Assembly (NCBI GenBank): GCA_043743335.1
Contig: JAYTWR010000083.1
Location: forward strand, 29,371-93,370
Source: Burkholderiales bacterium
GTDB taxonomy: Bacteria; Pseudomonadota; Gammaproteobacteria; Burkholderiales; SG8-41
Direction of reading: 5' to 3'
DNA: 64,000 nucleotides
Shown piece after piece: positions 1-10,171 of the stretch. The notes under the pieces are model-generated. The model was not told the DNA's origin. It saw only the letters and a list, made by a program, of their open reading frames with translations, and did no database searches. Both the position numbers and the translations under genes were made by a program. The stretch's first letter is position 1. Each line of letters opens with the position of its first letter.

Positions 1-1461
1 CGTGACAATAACCGCAACCGGCAACACAACGCGGCGGCTGATTTGTATTGGCTAACCGGCATTGGCGAATTCACCCTAAAGCTCGCAGCCGACCGCCAAG
101 GCATACGCTTGCCTGGCGCGCGCCAAGTACAGCCGAGCGCCAACGTCAACCAGCCGGCAACCGACCGGCGCGGCGCGCAAACCCCGCTGGATTACGCCAC
201 GCGCGATGGCGACCGGGCGGCGTTGGATTGGCGTATCACCACCGGCTTTGGCGAAATCAACTTAAGCGGCGGCTGGCGTGGCAAGGAGCAAACGTCGTAT
301 TTTGATTTCGGCGGCTTTCCGAATTACCGCATTGCCGATCTGAATGTGTTGTCGCTCACCCCGCGCGTCAAAATCACCACGCCGCTGGCGGGGCATGCCA
401 ACACTTTCATCGCGGGCATCGATTGGTATCGCTGGGATTACCGTTTGCTGCAATCCAATTTGCCGGGCAACGTTACACGCCCGATCAACACGGTTGAATC
501 GGATCAAACCAACCGTGCGTTCTACCTGCGGGATACCTTCCAGTTGACCGAACGCGCTGCACTCGAAGGCGGCTATCGGCAAGAGCGCGTGAGCATCACC
601 GCACGCGACCGTTACGACGCCACCGCGCCCGGCGGCGCATTCGGTTCCGGCGCGCCAGCGGCATCGCAAAGCAACACCGGCCGCGCCTATGAGGCCGGCC
701 TGCGCTATCAGTTGGCGTCGCAAACCACGCTCAACGTCAAAACCGGCAGCAGTTTCCGCTTTGCCAACGTGGATGAAATTTACGAATTCAATGCCGCATT
801 TAATCGTCAGTTTCAGTTCTTGCGCCCGCAACGCGCGCGCACGCACGAGCTGGGCATCGAAACGCGCGGCTCGGCAGGGCGCATGCGCGCTTCTGTGTTC
901 AGCATGGATGTCAAAGACGAAATCCATCTCGACCCCTTCACCAACGGCATCGGCAACACCAACCTGCCGCCGTCACGCCGCCGTGGTTTGGAGTTGGACG
1001 GCCAATGGCGCGCGACACAAACCGTCACGCTGGGCGCGGCCTACACCTTCATCGACGCCAGGTTTCTCGAAGGCGTGCTGCCGGGCGGTTTTCCGATGCT
1101 TAATGTATCGGTGGCCGGCAAAGCCGTGCCGCTGGTGCCGCGCCACAAGTTCACCACCAGCGCGTCGTGGGCGATTAACGCGAACACGCAATTGTCGGCG
1201 GTGGCCAATCACGTCGGTGCGCAATTCATGGACAACGACGAAGGCAATACGCTGGGCGTGAAAATCCCCGCTTACACCGTCGTCGATCTGAAACTGACCT
1301 ATCGCCATGGCCCATGGCGCGTGGGTGGCGCGATTAACAACCTGTTCGGCGAGAAATATTACAACTACGCCGTGCGCAGCCAGTTTGTGGTGGACCGCTA
1401 TAACGTATATCCGTTGCCGGAGCGGAATGCTTCGGTTTATGCGGCTTATGAGTTTAGGTAA
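1..1461 (+). CDS. TonB-dependent outer-membrane receptor, C-terminal portion (5' end outside window)
   Basis: Frame 1 is open from base 1, so the track start at 43 is only the first start-like codon. Beta-barrel-like sequence with alternating aromatic/Gly/Asn strands (GAQFMDNDEGNTLGVKIPAYTVVDLKLTY, GAINNLFGEKYYNY). Stop at 1459-1461. Confidence 0.75.
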   Translation, partial: RDNNRNRQHNAAADLYWLTGIGEFTLKLAADRQGIRLPGARQVQPSANVNQPATDRRGAQTPLDYATRDGDRAALDWRITTGFGEINLSGGWRGKEQTSYFDFGGFPNYRIADLNVLSLTPRVKITTPLAGHANTFIAGIDWYRWDYRLLQSNLPGNVTRPINTVESDQTNRAFYLRDTFQLTERAALEGGYRQERVSITARDRYDATAPGGAFGSGAPAASQSNTGRAYEAGLRYQLASQTTLNVKTGSSFRFANVDEIYEFNAAFNRQFQFLRPQRARTHELGIETRGSAGRMRASVFSMDVKDEIHLDPFTNGIGNTNLPPSRRRGLELDGQWRATQTVTLGAAYTFIDARFLEGVLPGGFPMLNVSVAGKAVPLVPRHKFTTSASWAINANTQLSAVANHVGAQFMDNDEGNTLGVKIPAYTVVDLKLTYRHGPWRVGGAINNLFGEKYYNYAVRSQFVVDRYNVYPLPERNASVYAAYEFR

Positions 1462-1494
1462 CTCATTGATTTATAACAACTAATATCCAACAAC

Positions 1495-1519
1495 TCAGGC
1501 GGTGTTCCACGCCGCCTGA
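1495..1519 (+). terminator. Hairpin downstream of the receptor gene (weak terminator candidate)
   Basis: 8-bp stem TCAGGCGG / CCGCCTGA with a 9-nt loop. No T-run follows on the plus strand, so intrinsic-terminator status is uncertain. Confidence 0.3.
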
Positions 1520-1593
1520 AAATTGGGGAATCTCGCACCCAACGGCCGCTTGCAGAAATCGTCCGTGACGCTTAACCTGTTCATGTTAGCTAA

Positions 1594-1923
1594 CATGTCG
1601 AGCGCAGTCATGAATTATTTTCATCCCCCGAGGCGTTGCGCGAATTGCAAATCGTTTTGTCGCGACCAAAATTTGAAGCTTGGCAGCCGTTAGGCCAGCG
1701 TCTTATGTGGATGAAGTTCTATGTGTCTGCTGTGGCCCTGATCGAACCCCAAGAAAAAGTCCCGGATTGCCGCGACAGCAAGGACAACAAATTTCTGGAA
1801 CTGGCGCTTGCGGCCAAGGCGGATATTCTGGTTTCGAGTGATGCGCATTTGCTAGAGCTTCACCCGTTTCGCGGGGTTGATATTGTTGGCTTGCGGGAAT
1901 TGAAGGGGCCGCTTTTGGTATGA
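1594..1923 (+). pseudogene. 5'-truncated PIN-family toxin remnant
   Basis: The translation (..ELFSSPEALRELQIVLSRPKF..CRDSKDNKFLELALAAKADILVSSDAHLLEL) matches the central and C-terminal parts of PIN-type TA toxins. An in-frame stop at 1591-1593 removes the N-terminal ~40 aa that normally carry the first catalytic Asp (DTNV-type motif). There is no ATG and no adjacent antitoxin ORF. Confidence 0.55.
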
Positions 1924-1963
1924 ACATCGCCTCTTGCTATATCTTGCCTCGTAGCAATCGCGC

Positions 1964-2450
<487 letters not shown>

Positions 2451-2517
2451 GAAACTATGCTACTGCACGGTGGATAGTTCGTCTATGCAAGGTGTACGGC
2501 GGGCGGGTATGCCTTGC

Positions 2518-2549
2518 GGCGGAAGACGCTGCGCTTTTCCGCCCTAGGG
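2518..2549. repeat. REP-like hairpin element
   Basis: GGCGGAA (2518-2524) pairs with TTCCGCC (2537-2543). The loop contains GCTGCGCT (AGCGCAGC on the other strand) and is followed by CTAGGG. The architecture (TAGG + stem + AGCGCAGCG loop + stem) is the same as the elements at 57600-57674. Confidence 0.35.
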
Positions 2550-2637
2550 TACATTGGGCTGCGGTTGCGCGATCCGACGCACAGAATTCATCGCTAAGTT
2601 CTTGAATTAAAATCAAAAATTTGCTACCGTTCGACAG

Positions 2638-4410
2638 GTGACCGCCCCCGCCCGAACGCCCTCCCGCATCTCCAGCACCGATTTATACCTGCGCCTGTTG
2701 CGCTATGTCGCGCCGTATCGCCGCGTGTTTGCGGTGGCGATTGTGGGTGCCGTTTTGGTGGCGCTGACTGAAGCGGCGCTGCCGGCTGTCATGAAGCCGC
2801 TGTTCGATGGGGTGTTTGTCGAGCGGGATGCAGCGGCGATTCGCTGGATGCCGCTGGTGATTATTGGCCTGTTTCTGGTGCGCGGGCTGGCGGAATATGC
2901 GGCAACCTATTGCATGGCTTGGGTGGGCAACCGGCTGGTCATGGATTTGCGCGCGCAGATGTTTGCGCGGCTGCTCGAATTGCCGACGCCGTATTACGAC
3001 GAGCAGGCTTCCGGTAATTTGATTTCGAAACTCACCTTTGACGTGACACAAGTCACCGCCGCCGCGACCAGTGTGCTGGTGGCGGTTTTCAAGGATGGCG
3101 TGGCGATTATCGGTTTGCTCGGCTGGATGTTCTGGCTCAACTGGAAACTCACGTTGTTGTCGCTGCTAATGACGCCGCTGATTATTTTGATTGTGCGGCT
3201 GGTGAGCATCCGCCTGCGTAACACCAGCCGCGATGTGCAAACGGCGATGGGCGAAGTCACACAGGTGATTCAAGAGGCGATTGAGGGCCACAAAATCGTC
3301 AAGCTCTACGGCGGGCAGGCGTATGAAGCGGGCCGCTTTGAAAAGGAAACCAATCGCGTGCGGCGCTTTTTGATGAAGCAGGCGGCCGCGGCGGCAACCA
3401 GCGTGCCGTTTGTGCAACTGGTGGCGGCCAGCGCGCTGGCGGCGATGATTTTTTTTGCCACGCGCGATGCGTCGATTACCGTCGGCAGCTTTGTTTCTTT
3501 TTTGACCGCGATGCTGATGTTGACTGCGCCGTTAAAGCGCGTCACCAGTGTGAACGAACCGCTGCAGCGCGGGCTGGCCGCGGCAGAAAGCGTGTTTTCG
3601 TTGCTGGATCAGCCGGGTGAACGCGACACGGGCACGGTGCACATTGAACGGGCGCGTGGTGAATTATTGTTTGAAAACATATACTTACGTTACGAAGGCG
3701 CCGAGCAACCCGCGCTGGGTGGCGTCCACCTCAACATCGCGCCGGGCGAAACCGTAGCGCTGGTGGGCGCGTCGGGCGCGGGCAAATCGACGGTGGCTAA
3801 CTTGGTGCCGTGTTTTTACCGGCCCACATCAGGGCGCGTGTTGCTGGACGGGCACGATCTGGCAAACTTGAAGCTCGCCAGCCTGCGCGCCAACATCGCG
3901 CTGGTAAGTCAGGACGTGGTGCTGTTCAACGATTCGGTGGCGGCGAACATTGCGTACGGCGCAATGAATACCGCAACCGAAGCCGCCATCAAAGCCGCCG
4001 CCGATGCTGCGCACGCCACCGAGTTCATCACGCAAATGCCGCAGGGCTTCGCCACCATCGTCGGCGAAAACGGCGTCAAACTGTCCGGCGGGCAACGGCA
4101 GCGGTTGGCAATTGCGCGCGCGCTGCTGAAAAACGCGCCGGTGCTGGTGCTGGACGAAGCCACCTCGGCGCTGGATTCAGAATCGGAGCGTCACGTGCAA
4201 GCCGCGCTCGACGCCTTGATGAAAGGCCGCACCACGCTCGTCATCGCCCATCGTTTGTCGACGGTGGAAAACGCGAATCGCATTGTGGTGCTCGACAAGG
4301 GGCGCATTGTGGAGATCGGCACACATCGCGAGCTGCTTGCGCTGGACGGGTTTTACGCCAAGCTGTATCAAATTCAGTTTTCCAGTCAGGCTGGCCATGC
4401 TGCTGCGTGA
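2638..4410 (+). CDS. msbA: Lipid A export ABC transporter permease/ATPase MsbA
   Basis: 590 aa with an N-terminal 6-TM ABC exporter domain. Walker A GASGAGKST, signature LSGGQRQRLAIARALL, Walker B VLVLDEATSALD. GTG start. Confidence 0.85.
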   Translation: MTAPARTPSRISSTDLYLRLLRYVAPYRRVFAVAIVGAVLVALTEAALPAVMKPLFDGVFVERDAAAIRWMPLVIIGLFLVRGLAEYAATYCMAWVGNRLVMDLRAQMFARLLELPTPYYDEQASGNLISKLTFDVTQVTAAATSVLVAVFKDGVAIIGLLGWMFWLNWKLTLLSLLMTPLIILIVRLVSIRLRNTSRDVQTAMGEVTQVIQEAIEGHKIVKLYGGQAYEAGRFEKETNRVRRFLMKQAAAAATSVPFVQLVAASALAAMIFFATRDASITVGSFVSFLTAMLMLTAPLKRVTSVNEPLQRGLAAAESVFSLLDQPGERDTGTVHIERARGELLFENIYLRYEGAEQPALGGVHLNIAPGETVALVGASGAGKSTVANLVPCFYRPTSGRVLLDGHDLANLKLASLRANIALVSQDVVLFNDSVAANIAYGAMNTATEAAIKAAADAAHATEFITQMPQGFATIVGENGVKLSGGQRQRLAIARALLKNAPVLVLDEATSALDSESERHVQAALDALMKGRTTLVIAHRLSTVENANRIVVLDKGRIVEIGTHRELLALDGFYAKLYQIQFSSQAGHAAA

Positions 4411-5071
4411 AGCCGGCAAGGCGTGGCGCTTGCTGCTGGGCTTGCCGAAAACGCTGATCTTTAATTTTCGTTATTTCCCGTTCGCCAAAGCGTGCCGCCT
4501 GCCGGTGTTGGTGTCGCATCGCGTGAAGCTGGTGAAGCTGGGCGGCTCGGTGACACTGGCGTCGTATCGCTTCGGCAGTGTGCGGCTGGGCCCGGCGGAT
4601 GTGGATGTGTTCCCTGACGGCGGCCGCCCCGGCGTGTGGCGCGTGGAGGGCCGCGTGCGGCTGGGCGATGGCGTGCGCATCGGGCCCGGCACGAGCGTGG
4701 TGTGTACGGGCCTGCTCGACATCGCCGACAACGTGCTGACGAATGCGCGCGTGTCGCTGTATTGCGCCAAGCACATTGCGATTGGGCGCGACACGCTGAT
4801 TTCCTGGGACGCGACCCTCATCGACCACGATTTTCATAAGCTCTACGACGCCGACAACATCTGGATTAACCCGCCAGCGGCCATCACCATCGGCGAGCGT
4901 TGCTGGATCGGTTTTGGCGCGGCCATCGTGAAAGACACGCGGCTGGCCGCCGGCACGGTGATCGGCGCTGGCGCGGTGGTGCGCGGCGATTTTAACGACC
5001 CTAATTGCGTGCTGAGCGGCAACCCGGCGCGGCTGGTGCGGCGTGGTGTGCTGCGTGATGCTGCGCTATAA
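4397..5071 (+). CDS. Left-handed beta-helix (hexapeptide-repeat) acetyltransferase
   Basis: Hexapeptide-like repeats (IGERCWIGFGAAIVKDTRLAAGTVIGAGAVVRGD). I place the start at ATG 4397, 14 nt inside the msbA 3' end. The track start at 4283 would overlap msbA by 128 nt. Confidence 0.7.
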   Translation: MLLREAGKAWRLLLGLPKTLIFNFRYFPFAKACRLPVLVSHRVKLVKLGGSVTLASYRFGSVRLGPADVDVFPDGGRPGVWRVEGRVRLGDGVRIGPGTSVVCTGLLDIADNVLTNARVSLYCAKHIAIGRDTLISWDATLIDHDFHKLYDADNIWINPPAAITIGERCWIGFGAAIVKDTRLAAGTVIGAGAVVRGDFNDPNCVLSGNPARLVRRGVLRDAAL

Positions 5072-5089
5072 GCCGCTCGGAAAATTCCG

Positions 5090-5124
5090 TATAATCAAAT
5101 ACCTACGTAGGTTTTGCCACGTAG
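5090..5124 (+). promoter_or_regulatory. TATAAT box followed by 12-bp palindrome ACCTACGTAGGT and a second ACGTAG half-site
   Basis: TATAAT at 5090-5095 with no convincing -35. Perfect palindrome at 5101-5112. CCACGTAG at 5117-5124. Located 22-56 nt upstream of the GT2 start codon. Confidence 0.25.
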
Positions 5125-5145
5125 TTTTTCCGATAACACACACCC

Positions 5146-6096
5146 ATGCCGATCAGCCATACCCTGATTATTCCGGTTTACCGCAACGAGGCCTTCCTGC
5201 CGGAGGTGTTGCTGGCGGTGCAGGAAATCAGTGCGCAAACCAAGGGAAGTGTAGAAGTGGTGTTCGTGGTGGACGGCAGCCCGGATAACTCTGAACCCTG
5301 GCTGGCGCAGCATTTGCCTGCGTTTGCCGTGCCGTCGCAGTTGATTGCGCTGTCGCGTAATTTTGGGTCGTTTACCGCGGTGCGTACCGGCTTGGCGGCG
5401 GCGCGCGGCGAATACATTGCGGTGATGGCGGCGGATTTGCAGGAGCCGCCCGAATTGATGGTGGCGTTTTTCAACAGCCTCGCTCAAGGACACGATGTGG
5501 TGATCGGTACGCGCAGTGCACGCGACGATCCGGCGGCGAGCCAATTCTCCGCACGCGTATTCTGGCGCTTGTATCGCTGGCTGGTGCAGCCGGAAATTCC
5601 GGCGTCGGGCGTGGATGTTTTCGCGGTATCGCGCCGCGCGCGTGATGCGCTACTGCAACTCGACGAAGCGCACAGCTCGCTGATTGCGCAATTATTCTGG
5701 ATCGGCTTTCCGCGCGCAGAGGTTCCCTACGCGCGGCGCGTACGCAAATACGGCAGCAGCGGCTGGACATGGCGCGGCAAGGCCAAGTATTTGCTCGACA
5801 GTATTTTTTCGTTCACCGCGATTCCGATTACGCTGCTGATGCTGATCGGCTTTGCCGGCACGATAGGATTCCTGCTACTGGGCTTGGCGTTGATGGGCGC
5901 GCGCCTGCTCAACGTCATTGCGGTGCCGGGCTACACGGCGATTATGGTCACCCTACTATTTTCAGCGTCGTTGATTCTGCTGGGGCTGGGCATCGTCGGC
6001 AGTTATGTGTGGCGCGCCTACGAAAATACCAAACGCCGACCGCTGGGCCTAGTGCGCGACCGAGCGCAGTTTAATGATCCGACGCGGCATGGATAG
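5146..6096 (+). CDS. Family-2 glycosyltransferase, polyprenyl-phosphate sugar transferase type (ArnC/GtrB/DPM1-like)
   Basis: IIPVYRNE, VVDGSPDNS, LSRNFG, AADLQEPPE motifs, plus two C-terminal TM helices and YENTKRRP. This matches the ArnC/GtrB layout. Confidence 0.85.
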   Translation: MPISHTLIIPVYRNEAFLPEVLLAVQEISAQTKGSVEVVFVVDGSPDNSEPWLAQHLPAFAVPSQLIALSRNFGSFTAVRTGLAAARGEYIAVMAADLQEPPELMVAFFNSLAQGHDVVIGTRSARDDPAASQFSARVFWRLYRWLVQPEIPASGVDVFAVSRRARDALLQLDEAHSSLIAQLFWIGFPRAEVPYARRVRKYGSSGWTWRGKAKYLLDSIFSFTAIPITLLMLIGFAGTIGFLLLGLALMGARLLNVIAVPGYTAIMVTLLFSASLILLGLGIVGSYVWRAYENTKRRPLGLVRDRAQFNDPTRHG

Positions 6097-6487
6097 CGCG
6101 CTGAATCCTACAAGCCCGCGTGCGCAGGTGCTGCGGTTTATCGCCGCCGGCATTGGTAACACATTGATTTCATTGGGATTTTATCAGGCGGCTTTGTTTA
6201 TGGTGGGGTATTGGGTCGCTTACGTTTCGGCTTATGTGGTCGGCGTGGCCCTTGCTTACTATCTTTACGCGCGACATGTGTTCATGGCGCAAACCAGCGG
6301 GCGCGGGTTTGCCGCCTTTGTCCTTTTTTACGCAGCGGCGGGGCTGCTGGGCGGCACCATCAACGCTGCGTTGATCGACGGATTGGGTTGGCCCGCGCGA
6401 TGGGCTATTTTTGTCACGGTTTCGCTGATGTTGCCGGTTAACTATGTCGGGTCGCGCTGGTGTTTGCTCGGCAAGGAACGCGGCTGA
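6074..6487 (+). CDS. GtrA-family small membrane protein (putative polyprenyl-P-sugar flippase component)
   Basis: 137 aa with four hydrophobic segments. RFIAAGIGNTLISLGFYQ is typical of GtrA-like proteins. It overlaps the GT2 3' end. Confidence 0.75.
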   Translation: MIRRGMDSALNPTSPRAQVLRFIAAGIGNTLISLGFYQAALFMVGYWVAYVSAYVVGVALAYYLYARHVFMAQTSGRGFAAFVLFYAAAGLLGGTINAALIDGLGWPARWAIFVTVSLMLPVNYVGSRWCLLGKERG

Positions 6488-6900
6488 TGCTAGCGCGCTA
6501 CATGGATTTGCCGGTACGCGGCGACGACGACGGCTGGCTGGTTGCGCTGGAAGAAAATAAAACCGTTCCGTTTACCCTCAAGCGCGTCTATTACATTTTT
6601 GGCACGCGCGCTGGCGTGCGCCGCGGCAAGCACGCACATCATGCCCTGAGACAATTGATGGTCTGCATCGCTGGCCATTGCACGGTGTTACTCGACGACG
6701 GCGCGCAGCGTGAAGACGTGCGGCTTGATGCTAACAACTCGCACAATCGGGGCTTGTTCATCGATCCGTTGGTGTGGCACGAGATGTACGAATTCTCCAA
6801 CGATTGCGTGCTGCTGGTGCTGGCAGACGGCCGCTACGATGCGACGGATTACATCCGCGACTATGACGCGTTCAAAACCTTTTGCAAGGGGGCAGAATGA
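6487..6900 (+). CDS. dTDP-4-oxo-6-deoxyhexose 3,4-ketoisomerase (FdtA/QdtA/WxcM-like cupin)
   Basis: LKRVYYIFGT..GVRRGKHAH, VLLVLADGRYDATDYIRDYDAF. ATG 6487 overlaps the GtrA stop (TGATG). Confidence 0.8.
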   Translation: MLARYMDLPVRGDDDGWLVALEENKTVPFTLKRVYYIFGTRAGVRRGKHAHHALRQLMVCIAGHCTVLLDDGAQREDVRLDANNSHNRGLFIDPLVWHEMYEFSNDCVLLVLADGRYDATDYIRDYDAFKTFCKGAE

Positions 6901-7481
6901 GCCTAGTAGCTGCCAACCCGGTTATCCGCAAAGCACGACGCTTGGTCGGACATCGACTGGTGTTGCGCAACGCCGAGGTGCGAGACGCGGCGTTTTTGGT
7001 GGCGCTGCGCACCGATGCACGCAAGCGTCGCTACATCTCGGCCACCAGCGCGGAACTCGCACCGCAAATCGCGTGGCTCACCCAATATGCCAGCCGCGCC
7101 AACGATGCCTATTTTGTCGTTGAAACGCCAGCGGGCGAAGCGCTCGGGACCATTCGTTTATATGATCCAGACGGCGATGCCTTTTGTTTCGGCAGTTGGG
7201 TGATGAAAGACGGTGCGCCTGCCAGCGCGGCTGTTGAGGCGCTGGTGATGGTGTATCACTATGCGCTGTATACGTTGGGCTTTAACCGATCCTACTTCGC
7301 GGTGCGCAAGGAAAATCGCACGGTTTGGCGCTTTATGGAAAGCTTCGGCGGTGTGCGCACGCGTGAAACGGATATCGATTTTTGGTATGAGACCCAACGC
7401 GCGCCGGTGCTGGCCTCTTTTACGCGTTATCGCCGCCTTTTGCCCCACGGCATTCAGGTAATTCATGATTCCTTTTCTTGA
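6897..7481 (+). CDS. GNAT-family N-acetyltransferase
   Basis: 194 aa with a GNAT-like fold pattern ([18 protein letters not shown]...[24 protein letters not shown]). ATG 6897 overlaps the preceding stop (ATGA). Confidence 0.65.
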   Translation: MSLVAANPVIRKARRLVGHRLVLRNAEVRDAAFLVALRTDARKRRYISATSAELAPQIAWLTQYASRANDAYFVVETPAGEALGTIRLYDPDGDAFCFGSWVMKDGAPASAAVEALVMVYHYALYTLGFNRSYFAVRKENRTVWRFMESFGGVRTRETDIDFWYETQRAPVLASFTRYRRLLPHGIQVIHDSFS

Positions 7482-8577
7482 TCTGCACGCCATTAACACC
7501 CGCGATCGTGACGCGCTGATCGCTGCCTTCACGCGCGTGCTCGACAGCGGCTGGTATGTGCTGGGCAAAGAAGTCGAGGCTTTCGAGCGCGAGTACGCCG
7601 CCTATTGCGGCACGCGGCATTGCGTGGGCGTCGGTAACGGGCTGGAGGCGCTGGTGCTGGTGCTGCGCGCCTGGATGCAGCTTGGCGTGATGCAAACGGG
7701 CGATGAAGTGATTGTGCCGGCCAACACTTACATCGCCACGATACTCGCGATCACCGAAAACGGTTTGACACCGGTATTGGTAGAGCCGGATGAAGCCACG
7801 TTCAATCTGAATCCGGCGTTGATCGAAGCACACCTCAGCGCGCGCACCAAGGCGATCCTGCCGGTGCATTTGTATGGCCAAACGGCGAACATGACGGCTA
7901 TCAACGCCATCGCGCGCAAACACGGACTCAAGGTGCTGGAAGACAGCGCGCAGGCGCAAGGTGCGCGGCATGCCGGCGTGCGCGCTGGGGCCTTGGGTCA
8001 TGCGGGAGACGCCAGCGGACACAGCTTTTTCCCCAGCAAGAATTTCGGCGCGCTGGGTGACGGCGGCGCTGTGACCACCGACGACGATGCCTTGGCTGAT
8101 ACGCTGCGCGCCTTGCGTAATTACGGCTCGCATCGCAAGTACGCGAATCTGTACAAAGGCGTCAACAGCCGTCTCGATGAACTGCAAGCCGCGCTATTGC
8201 GCGTAAAGCTGCCGCACCTAGACGCCGACAATCAGCGCCGTCGCGCGATTGCGCAGCGCTATTTGAATGAAATTCGCCACCCGCACATCCGTTTGCCGGT
8301 GGTGGGCAACAAGAATGACCCGGTGTGGCATGTGTTTGTGGTTCGCTCGCCGAATCGGGATGCTTTGCAAAAACATTTGTCGGACGCCGGCATCGGCACG
8401 CTGATTCACTACCCAGTGCCGCCACATCAGCAGCCCGCCTATCGCGAGTGGAACAACCGCTCGTATCCGGTCACCGAGGCGATACATCGCGAGGTGTTGA
8501 GCCTGCCCATCAGCCCGGTGATGGATGAGGCGCAGATCGCCGCGGTGATCGCCGCATGCCATTCATGGCCGGTGTAA
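7465..8577 (+). CDS. DegT/DnrJ/EryC1/StrS-family PLP aminotransferase (FdtB/QdtB/ArnB-like sugar aminotransferase)
   Basis: 370 aa. IPFLDL..., [43 protein letters not shown] (PLP-Lys region). Overlaps the GNAT gene by 17 nt. Confidence 0.85.
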   Translation: MIPFLDLHAINTRDRDALIAAFTRVLDSGWYVLGKEVEAFEREYAAYCGTRHCVGVGNGLEALVLVLRAWMQLGVMQTGDEVIVPANTYIATILAITENGLTPVLVEPDEATFNLNPALIEAHLSARTKAILPVHLYGQTANMTAINAIARKHGLKVLEDSAQAQGARHAGVRAGALGHAGDASGHSFFPSKNFGALGDGGAVTTDDDALADTLRALRNYGSHRKYANLYKGVNSRLDELQAALLRVKLPHLDADNQRRRAIAQRYLNEIRHPHIRLPVVGNKNDPVWHVFVVRSPNRDALQKHLSDAGIGTLIHYPVPPHQQPAYREWNNRSYPVTEAIHREVLSLPISPVMDEAQIAAVIAACHSWPV

Positions 8578-8628
8578 CAGCGTAGCGACTTAGCACCTTG
8601 GCAACTTAGCGAAACAGGCATCGCGGCT

Positions 8629-10167
8629 ATGCTGTTTAATTCATTCTCGTTCATTTTTGCCTTTTTACCGCTGGCGCTGGGCGGATTTTTTTTCTTGGGG
8701 CGGCGCAGTCCGCTGCTGGCGGCGGCGTGGCTTACGCTGGTCTCGCTGTTTTTTTATGGCTGGTGGAACCCCAAGTACGTAGCGCTGCTCGCACTGTCGA
8801 TGGCGTTCAACTACCGCGTGGGCCTGGCGCTGGCGCTGTCACGTTCGCGCCGTGTGCTGACTTTTGCCTTGGTAGCGAACCTGTCGCTGCTGGCGTACTA
8901 CAAATACGCGAACTTCTTTGTGGAGAACCTCAACACCACGCTGCAAACGCAGTGGAGTGTGGGCGACATCATTTTACCTTTGGGTATTTCGTTTTTTACC
9001 TTCACGCAAATCGCTTTTCTGGTGGACGCGTATCAGGGCAAGGTGCGCGAGGTCAGCTTTGTGCACTACGCGCTGTTCGTAACGTATTTTCCGCATTTGA
9101 TCGCGGGGCCCATATTGCATCACGCAGAAATGATGCCGCAGTTTGCGCGGCGCGAAATTTACACCCCGCACGCCGCGAATCTGGCAGCAGGGGTGACGCT
9201 GTTTGTGTTGGGGCTGGCGAAGAAGGTGTTGATCGCAGATGAGGTCGGCAACTATGTCGCGCCGTTTTTCGATGCCGCGCGCAGCGGTGCGCCACTGACG
9301 TTTTTAGAGGCTTGGTGCGGCGCGCTGGCGTATACCTTTCAGTTGTACTTTGATTTTTCAGGGTATTCCGACATGGCGGTGGGCCTGTCGCTGCTATTCG
9401 GCGTGCGGCTGCCGGTGAATTTTCACTCACCGTACAAGGCGCTGAACATCATTGATTTCTGGCGGCGCTGGCACATGACGCTGTCGCGGTTTTTGCGTGA
9501 CTATCTGTATGTGTCGCTGGGCGGCAATCGCAAAGGGCCGTCGCGGCGCTACATCAACCTGCTGCTCACCATGGTGCTTGGCGGCTTGTGGCACGGCGCG
9601 GGCTGGACGTTTGTGCTGTGGGGCGCGCTGCACGGCGTTTATCTGTGCGTAAATCACGGCTGGCGCGCGCTGCGCATGAAGCTCGGCCATGATTTGACGC
9701 GTTCAAGCGCCGTCGGTCGCACGCTCGCCTGTGCGATCACCTTTGCTGCGGTGGTGGTGGCGTGGGTGGTGTTTCGCGCCGACAGCTTGGCCACCGCGAG
9801 CGTGATGCTGCAAGGCATGGCGGGGCTCAACGGTTTTGCGCTGCCCGATCACTGGCTGCCGAAGTGGGGCGCATTGGGCGCGTGGCTGGCAGCACACGGG
9901 GTGATGTTCAACGACGCGCGCGGCATGGTGACCGCCGGGCTGGTGTATTGGCTGGTGATTTTGCTGGCCGTGGTGTGGTTCGCGCCGAATACGCAGCAAA
10001 TCATGGCCAGCGCGCAACCCGCGCTGGGGGTGCCCGCAGATAGTGCCCCGGCGCGGCGTTTGCTGTGGCGGCCTTCGGCTTGGTTGGCGGTGCCGTTTGC
10101 GCTGCTGGCGATTGTGATTGTGGTGAACCTGCACAAGAAATCTGAGTTTCTTTATTTTCAGTTTTGA
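8629..10167 (+). CDS. MBOAT-family membrane O-acyltransferase (AlgI/DltB/PatA-like)
   Basis: 512 aa, polytopic. MLFNSFSFIFAFLP N-terminus, DFWRRWHMTLSRFLRDYLYVSLGGNR, GLWHGAGW (the conserved His region of MBOATs). Confidence 0.85.
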   Translation: MLFNSFSFIFAFLPLALGGFFFLGRRSPLLAAAWLTLVSLFFYGWWNPKYVALLALSMAFNYRVGLALALSRSRRVLTFALVANLSLLAYYKYANFFVENLNTTLQTQWSVGDIILPLGISFFTFTQIAFLVDAYQGKVREVSFVHYALFVTYFPHLIAGPILHHAEMMPQFARREIYTPHAANLAAGVTLFVLGLAKKVLIADEVGNYVAPFFDAARSGAPLTFLEAWCGALAYTFQLYFDFSGYSDMAVGLSLLFGVRLPVNFHSPYKALNIIDFWRRWHMTLSRFLRDYLYVSLGGNRKGPSRRYINLLLTMVLGGLWHGAGWTFVLWGALHGVYLCVNHGWRALRMKLGHDLTRSSAVGRTLACAITFAAVVVAWVVFRADSLATASVMLQGMAGLNGFALPDHWLPKWGALGAWLAAHGVMFNDARGMVTAGLVYWLVILLAVVWFAPNTQQIMASAQPALGVPADSAPARRLLWRPSAWLAVPFALLAIVIVVNLHKKSEFLYFQF

Positions 10168-10171
10168 CGCC

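Noticed and set aside
1502-1510. parS half-sites TGTTCCACG at 1502-1510 and TGTTTCACG at 54528-54536.
   Set aside because: Only one half of the dyad is present; the other arm does not match. A 9-mer half-site is expected by chance and is not sufficient for ParB binding.
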